From NCBI GenBank assembly GCA_051362555.1, contig CM120641.1, forward strand, positions 20,150,001 to 20,214,000: a stretch of 64,000 bases of DNA, given 5' to 3'. A program made the position numbers and the translations under genes. The notes beneath the pieces were generated by a model. That model was not told the origin of the DNA. It did no database searches and saw only the letters and a program-made list of their open reading frames with translations. The first letter of the stretch is position 1, and the number at the start of each line of letters is the position of its first letter. The stretch is from Lingula anatina (lineage: Eukaryota; Animalia; Brachiopoda). Positions 56,033 through 64,000 of the stretch are shown here, piece by piece.

Positions 56033-59000
56033 GGTGCTCTTTCTAGTGTGGCTCTGGCCAATATAATATCTGCTGAAAAGTTTTTGTACTTATGAAGATG
56101 ATTCACGGAAAGACTACCAGGTTTCACTGTTCAAAATGAAGATAGATTTCGAGTACTTCAATTATTCCACAAAATTGCTAAATAAAACATCATTAAGTGT
56201 GGAACCGATAGTGCCAACGCAATCATCTGTCAGATGTGGTCTTTTAAACAATTTTTTTCGCGTGAGTTTCTCCACAATCACATTGTTTCAAAGCCAAACC
56301 CATTTAGGTCGTAAAACCCACCACCAGACGACAGAAATGGAACCAGAGGGTTTCAGCTGACCAGAAAGTAACCTAGACAGTCCACTGAATGAGGAGCCGC
56401 GGAGTTTCCCTGTGCGCTTTGGACGTTAAGCTTTGAATAAATTTGATCATTTGGCCGGACATTTCGAACCCAAAACGTTTACCTTTAATACTAGTCTGAA
56501 CGCGACTTAGAAAACGAGTCTCTAATGGAAATTACATCGATTCAAGGCTTGGTTTCACCATGATGATATCATGACGGACAATTGGTTTCATGACGCAGAC
56601 AGGAAAGATAGAGGATATTTTTTAAAACCTTGTTTTAACGTACGTTACTTTCTACTTACAAAAATGTAGGAGGTATAAAGGAGGTATAAATAGGAAAAGA
56701 AATTCTAGAATACTGGAATTAAAAAAAAAAAAAAAACACCATTGATCCCTACCCGGATTTTACAGCGTCCTTTGAAGAGTTGTCATCCTAAGCACGCAGC
56801 GCAAACATATACAAAAGATGTTTTGAAATAAAAAAAATGAGTCTGTAGCTGCAGTAGAGATTATGATATCATTGGGATATATTTACACGTGCCTAATCAC
56901 CGCTACAGTGAAATTTCCTCCAAGATAATCGATCACAAAAAGCTTTTATCAGCCATGCGTCAGCCAATTTGTGATCGTAATTCACTAAAGGTAATACACG
57001 TGAAATGCATTAAAAATCTCACGGCTCAATTACTAAAAAAAAGATCAAGTCTTGGGTGTTTTTTAGGCTTTTTCAAAACAAAGCACCAGGTTCCAGCCAA
57101 ATGTTCATATTCAATACAGAAATAAAAAAAGAAATTTCATTTTAATATTTTATTGAATTTTCACAATAATCAACATGTGGCGGGCATGCTTGGTTATTAA
57201 CAATGATAATAACAATTGGACAAGGAAGCATCATCATATGGCCACCAATTTATTGCCCTCTGAATAACCCAGAGTAATATGACAGGGGATATAAGGGAAA
57301 GAGGGATGACATACCTAGCAATTCTCTTAAATATACAGATATAAGGACACTGACTGGGCAGTTGGAGTGGTAGATGTCATGCCCATAGCAGGCATGCTTA
57401 TTTTGTCATATTTGACGTGATTTTTAAAATGAGATAACAATGCAGCCATCTTGACTGAGATGCTGTAAAACAGAATCTTCCTAACCAAAAACACATGTAA
57501 CATAATCACAGAGACAAATGTTGTGAAATAGACAACAGTTTCTTTACCAATCTACCTGTGTTAGTTTGAAATGTATTATCAGTAAAAACTTGATTCTAAA
57601 AAGTAGAAAATATTCCCAACAAGTCAACATGAGCCACCATATGGGAAGACTGGAAAACCTTAACAAGCCATATGCATTTATGTAGATTTTCCATGATCTG
57701 CTGTAATTTCTGCTCATTTTTTAGACATATGGAACAGTTTTAATTCAACACTCGACCAAAAAAAGGTCCGAAACATGCAATTGTTTTTGAATTAAAAAAC
57801 TTTGTAATGTAATGGGAAAATCTTCAGTGTACATAAAAAATGAATGGTGGGTGCATTATCCATCAATATTTGGTTAAAATATTCACTTTATTTCAATTTA
57901 TATGGTTATCTTATAATTATTCAAAATAACAATGTTTCAGAACTTTTTTGGCCGAGTTTACTTTGAAAAGCTTCCACAGTGTCTCCTCTCTTAGCAACTG
58001 CCAATGTATAAAAGTATCACAAAAATTAAGTTCTTAGAAATATATTTCAATGCATCAAGAAATTGAATTAGCCTTGTGAGGAAAGCAATATCGTACAGAA
58101 ATGATGGTAAATATGGAAATTCTTACAATTTTCTAAATGTAATAAACTGCACAATTTTCTTCTTGAAATTAAAAAGATTCAAGTGTATTGTCAAAGCAAT
58201 TATTAAGCTTACTGTATCATATATTTTGTTCAGACCAAATAACTAAATTTTCAACAAATGATGACCAACATAAATAATCGTTATCATTTTCTATAGCCAA
58301 AATTATTTATTTTAGCAACTGGGAAAAAATCAAAGCACGAGCATGGAATTGTAACAGTTACTGATACTCGGATTTCTACAGCATGATGTACTGTGGCAAA
58401 TGTGTATGATGCATAACAATAAAAACAAATGAAAGTTTTATGACTGATTGCTTTAATAGTGACCTGCTGGACATCTTTGTCTCAGTAACTTGGTTGTGGA
58501 ACTTCCTTTGGGAATATTTAAGACAAATATCGTAAGGCCACCTGATTGACTCACCAATATAAAAGGTGTTTGTGTGCATGTGTTTGCACACGTGCGCACA
58601 TTACAGTTTCTGTTTTTCATAAATAACATTTGTATATAATAAATGCACAAAAAGATCAGTTTTTACTGATAATTTACCTTCACTTATATCTCAGTCTTCA
58701 AACTAAAAAGATCCATAAAAATGTTATTGAAAATAGCCTTAGAAATGGTTGCAAAATTTAAAGAAGGTATTCCACAGAAAAAAATTCAAATTTCAAATTT
58801 GAATGATATTTGTATAATGAAGCACACCTGGTAAGATGCAATGGTGGAGTAGAGGGGGTGGAGTAGTAGATGTGAGAGTTCTCTACTCAGGGTACAAAAA
58901 AATGGCAGTTTGCAACATCAGTTTGGGACTGGCATTGGGGTGACACGAGGAGATGGGAGGGGGGGGGGGGGGGTCACAATAATTTTGCACCATTCAAAAC

Positions 59001-60022
59001 AAGCCCTTACTCTCCACTTCTCTGAAAGATTTGCACCCACACCATAACAGAAGGTGTGGTTAACCCCATCAATGTGCACCATGTGTGGCAGAGAAAAATT
59101 CCATCATATCTGATTGCACAAAGAAAAAACAGCATCCCAATATCATTCAATGATGTTGAAAAAATTATAAAAATATACCACTATTTCTTCACAGTCGCCA
59201 ACAGTGAAAAGTACCTGTTTTGTCTCCCTTAATTTGCACATGTATATTTTCAACTTGCCCATATACTTTTACATGTAATCTTTGCGCTTGTATTCTTCCC
59301 ATGTTATCTTTGCGCTAATATTGTTTCCATATGAAAGACACAGACATGACAATTAGACACAGCTGCCTTTTCAAGGCTTAAGAAGAACAATTAAGTAGGC
59401 TGAAGTAGCACGCCAGAACAACAACAATCCTGGTATCGGGAATGTGACTATAGTCTGACGAAAGTGAAAAACAACATTCAGTTCATTCTTGAAACGCGAA
59501 GAATTCCATTTCAGAAACTCCTTGCAAAACATTTTTCCAAGAGCTGAAATACAAAAACCTCTGCTTGTGGAGAATTTCACAGGAAATAAACTTCTGCTTT
59601 CATTGTGGATGCTGTTACTTTCCTTGAAGTTCAGTTTTGTTTGCTTCTACTTTCTTGGGAGTTTACCTGCTTTCCTAGAAGTTATCTTCACTTCTTGCAA
59701 GTACTCTACATCCATTCTGCATTCCAGGAATTCATCCAGTCTCCTAGAATTTCTGTGCTTAACTCCTGCTGTCATTGAACTCTGTGATGGATTCTTCAGG
59801 TTTCCAAATAATTATAAAAAACTTTCAATTTCTTAGAATTCCATTTCTTCTGCTCTCATTGGAACCTACTAGAGAGCTGAAAGCAATGAGCCATTGTATC
59901 ATCCCATGGCACTGGCGGACTTAGAGCTCTGATTATGATTATCAATTGACTATCGACTCCATATAATGAGTGATCACCCACCTCTCATATTACTATTTGG
60001 CAAATCATTACTCCTTGTAGTA

Positions 60023-63000
60023 CTAGCTGCTCTGATTTCTCTGCAGGGTTTTATAAGTTTTTGGCGGTAAAGCTGGTACAGAGTTGGGCTCTGAATCCCC
60101 GTTTACAAAAGCAGACGATGATGAGGATGAAGAAGTCTCTCTGTCAGAGTTCCGCCTCGTGAATAATGACGAGGTGGAACCTGCGTGTGAAATAATGTCT
60201 CCATGATAAAAATGCTGCAGAGCATAAGCACTATGAGTCCTCATATTGGGATCTGTGGTTCTTCGTGGTGGAAGTGGTGGCGGGGGTTGGTCAGGGCGAG
60301 GAGGGACTGGAGGAACACTGCTTGGGGGCTCCGAGGAGGAGGAGTGATCTCTCCGTCTAGGAGGAAGAGGAGGAGGAATTGGAGGGACCTCAGGTGGCTC
60401 ATTGTTTCCTTGGATGCCTTCTCCTAAAATAAAAATAAAATTCAAGCAATTCATATCTCTATTGGTTCTAATTAAAGAATCATTAAAGCATTGTTTCATT
60501 GAAGCAGTAAAGAAATCCACATAGAAGCTGCATCGAATAGAAATGTCATGGCTTCTGCGGCCAAGAGTGGCATTGATCTGGTCATTTCTGTAAAGAAATG
60601 CTAATATTGAAAAAACACTTTAATAAAAAAATCTTACCTGGGCCTATGAGAACTTGAGCAAACACACTGGAATCACTGTCACTGACATTACCCTGACTCA
60701 CTGCAGGGGGTGTGAGGGGGGTGCTGGGGGTAGATGGGGTACCACACTGACTGCCAGGGAGGTCAATATCCTCCTCTTGGAGCCTCGCAAAACTAAATGC
60801 TCTGCCTTCGTGAAGACTTTTGGGCAGTGTGCCATGACGGTCACGAATGGAGGAGGGTTTCAGGACTGAATCACGACCAGAGGAAGGCTTGATACCGGGA
60901 GATTTTAAAGGGTACCCATTTTTCCTTGGCTGAAAGGATAAGCAGATTATTACCATACAATTTTTTTGTCTTAACTGAGAAAAATAAGAACCTTTTCTAC
61001 AAAAGTTTAACATTAATTCCAATAACAATGGCACTAATCCCTGACAGGTTGTCTGAACCCAACATCTAATACTCTTTCAATAAATCCATCCCTACAGAGG
61101 TCAATTACTGGTGTCAGCTGCCATGGATAAGAAGTTTTGCTTAATCAAATTAGTCACTATATTAAATGTTCGTTATTGCAATTTTTTTTTACATGTTTTG
61201 TCGGTCCTTTGGCATGTCTGGGTTCTAGTTCCAGAGACTTGTTGTACAGATAGTCATTGAACTCCTTCTCAGTCATGTCCTCTAAAGGATTCAGGTTCTC
61301 AAAGAATTGCTGCAATTAGAACATAAAATACATTATATATCATTGTTTTATTCTCTGATCTATAGATAAGAGTATACCATGGCTATTATTAAAACTTCAG
61401 GATATTTTTTTTTTACTTTTTGTGTTATATAAAGGTATAATGTGCACTGCATATCTTTAAACACAATATGAATCCTTTACTCACCCTAATGCTGGGTTCT
61501 GGTATCAAACAATATGGCTGGTTTTGGTACTGCTGGATTTCTCCACATATCTCGGCCACTTTCCTTCTTTTACTGAAGTTTATCAAGCCTGGGCCACGGT
61601 TAACTAAGAAATCTGGATTCCCTTCTTCTGTGTATAAAATATTTGTCAGGTACATTCCTGAAACAAGGAGCAATTAAAATAAGAATTCCAAATGTTAATC
61701 TTTAAAACAATCAGATCCATCAGGTTTCTGTTAAAAAGTTTATTTCATGAATTTTTGTCAAACAATGGACATTAATTATTATCTTTATATAAATACATTC
61801 TGTTGCATGATAATCAGGTATTTTAACCAAAATGATATGAACAGTGATTCAAGTATTTAAAAGTTGTGATATTTCTATGATACATGCTACCAAAACATAA
61901 AAGGAATAATAGGTCATAAGAAATCCTAAAACAAATTAAATGAAAGCTGAAGCCTTACCCAGAAATGGAACACATGGTGGATTTATGGATCTTAACTTTT
62001 CGATGTATTTTTTAAAGTGGTCAGAGTTGAGCTCTTTGGCTTCATCAAATGCTTTTAAGAGTTTATGGGGCAACTCCTGCAAACAAAGCAAATATAAACT
62101 GTGTAGAAGAAGAATAGTTACATAAGTAAAACCAAGGAAAATATTCTTAAATCAATCAGACAAATTCTAATTACTATTTTTTAAAATTTAAACAGGTGGA
62201 TTATTGTTTTTTAAACCATCTTGTCAATGAGTAAATTGTAAAATCTCATGTGGGGTAAGCAGAAATAAAAGCAGCTTTTATTGGCCCAGTATCAATCAAG
62301 GAATATATTGTGTTTGCCATTCAGCTCTTCAACAGGATCATATATTACTCAAAATGGACAAGATATCAAGCAAGTAAAGTGGAAAAATTTTAACCTTTCC
62401 CACCTCCCCAGAAAGAACCACAAATGATGATAAAATGGAGAACAGAAATTCCTCTGTATTATACACTACTCACAATAAACGTGTGCTCTAGTCTGTACAC
62501 AGGAGCTGAGTGGAGAGCGCTGACAACTTCCAACATCCCGTTGAAGTTATTTAACTCTTGAAAGACCAGCAGGATTTCCAAGGTTCTGGACATCACAGCA
62601 ATTCTCTCCTCAAAGTTATCAGCCTCAATTATACATCGCTCCAGCCAGAATGTGAACTGAAATTGAGAAATGAAAATTACAGTATTAGCTGCTTGTTTAA
62701 TTCAGGCATTTGAGTCACACATATATTCATATTACGTTGGAATTCAGTGGTTGCTGAAAATCCACATCTATGTTATCAACATGCTGATGTGGTGAGTTTT
62801 CAGTGACCTCTGAAACTCAGGTATACTGTGGATTAAAAAAATGCTTAGTCTAAAATTCAATTTATGTCACTTCAATTTATCTAATTATTTATTTATATTA
62901 TATTATATATTCTTTATGAAAAGAATTCAAAGAATTGTGTGTCACCACTCGAATCAGTCATCAACAGGACAAACTGGGCTTTAACAACATGGGAACGCTA

Positions 63001-63891
63001 TTTCATATAACCTTCTTCGATCATAGCAACATGAATATTTATAATAAAATATGTTACATTCCTGTGTTCCATATCAACATGTAATGGTATTGTGTTATCT
63101 TTTGACTTCTAAATTCCAGCTTACCATGGTGGAGTGATGAATCATTTTAAGCAGATTTGGAGATGTCTGGTTCTTTTCTTTTTTTATCCACACACTGCCT
63201 ACAAGCTCTGAAGGTTTCACTGCTCGGTACAGATCAAATTCCAACAATGTCACCTGCCTTGCTATCTCTATTGGATGAAGCTAGAACAATATTATGAATA
63301 AACTCACATATCTAATGTACAAATACTGTTGTAAATGTTACAAATATTACAGATTAAAGAAATCTGTTATCAAATGTAAATTCAGCTTGAAAATATATAT
63401 CAACAAAACATGTCTCAGAAGTTGCAGACAGCTCTCACACCCATAATTTATGACTAAAAAGTGAATATCATGTGACTGACTGACTGACATCATTATTTAT
63501 TTAATTACAGACAAAATCACATTAGTTAAAATAAATGACACTTTAGAAAGCGCAAAAGGCAAAAGAAAAAAGTACAAAAAAGGATTGTAGGGGGCATTGA
63601 TTAACATATATTGATAAGCCAATAAACCATCAAAGAAAAGTTTCTAATGGAGAAACAGTCAAATAAATAAAATAAAAAAGAAAGCAGTGAAGTCTTATGG
63701 CATACTTAAAGGGTACAGCAAAGAGAGAGAGAGAGAGAGAGGGAGAGAGGGAGGGAGACAGATTGTCCTCTAACAGACACACTTACTGTCATGAGATTGT
63801 ACTCATCAGGTGTGCGGGCTGCATACCACTCAATCTGAGGTGGGGTCACACTTAGGACCACTTCCGGCTTCTCTCCACCAGGGATTTCCTG
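60023..63891 (-). CDS. SOS: Son of sevenless Ras-GEF, 3' part. Exons 63891-63787, 63280-63125, 62656-62474, 62076-61959, 61657-61485, 61309-61193, 60929-60638, 60423-60023; continues beyond the right edge
   Basis: CDC25 domain [91 protein letters not shown]. Proline-rich tail with Grb2-SH3 PxxPxR motifs (PPLPPRR, PPVPPRP). Confidence 0.96.
63722..63758. repeat. (GA)n-rich microsatellite in a SOS intron
   Basis: Direct reading. Confidence 0.85.
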
Positions 63892-64000
63892 CTGCAGGCA
63901 AACAAAACATACAACTAGTCCAAGACAAAGATACCCAACCACTTACTGAATTCCCTCTTTCTTTGTGAAACCACTATATATGCATTTTTACACAATATAG

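Overview
AT-rich, intron-containing animal genomic DNA (inference: a marine invertebrate, plausibly a mollusc). Hand-spliced genes, left to right: a partial Kazal-type inhibitor (-), CISD2 (-), an F-box protein with an unusual C-terminal domain (+), ERO1-like oxidase (-), NDUFAF7 (+), GCC1/GCC88 golgin (-), a small secreted Cys-rich protein (-), and the 3' part of SOS (-). Between NDUFAF7 and GCC1 is a ~9-kb nest of transposons. A TTAA-flanked Kolobok-type MITE was hit by a full-length DIRS1-type tyrosine-recombinase retrotransposon. That DIRS was in turn hit by a near-intact hAT transposon with a 5-bp TSD and by a second TTAA MITE, and each empty site can be rebuilt exactly. An IS3EU-type foldback element follows. 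The most notable observations are: (1) ERO1 carries two tandem, same-length, same-phase copies of the exon encoding its catalytic CxxCxxC active site (candidate mutually exclusive exons), plus candidate microexons; (2) the F-box protein's C-terminal domain resembles the bacterial nuclease inhibitor NuiA (recalled from memory, needs a profile search); (3) the reconstructable TE nest; (4) 27- and 47-bp micro-MITEs with 7-bp TSDs upstream of GCC1. All exon coordinates were derived by eye, with no expression or database evidence.
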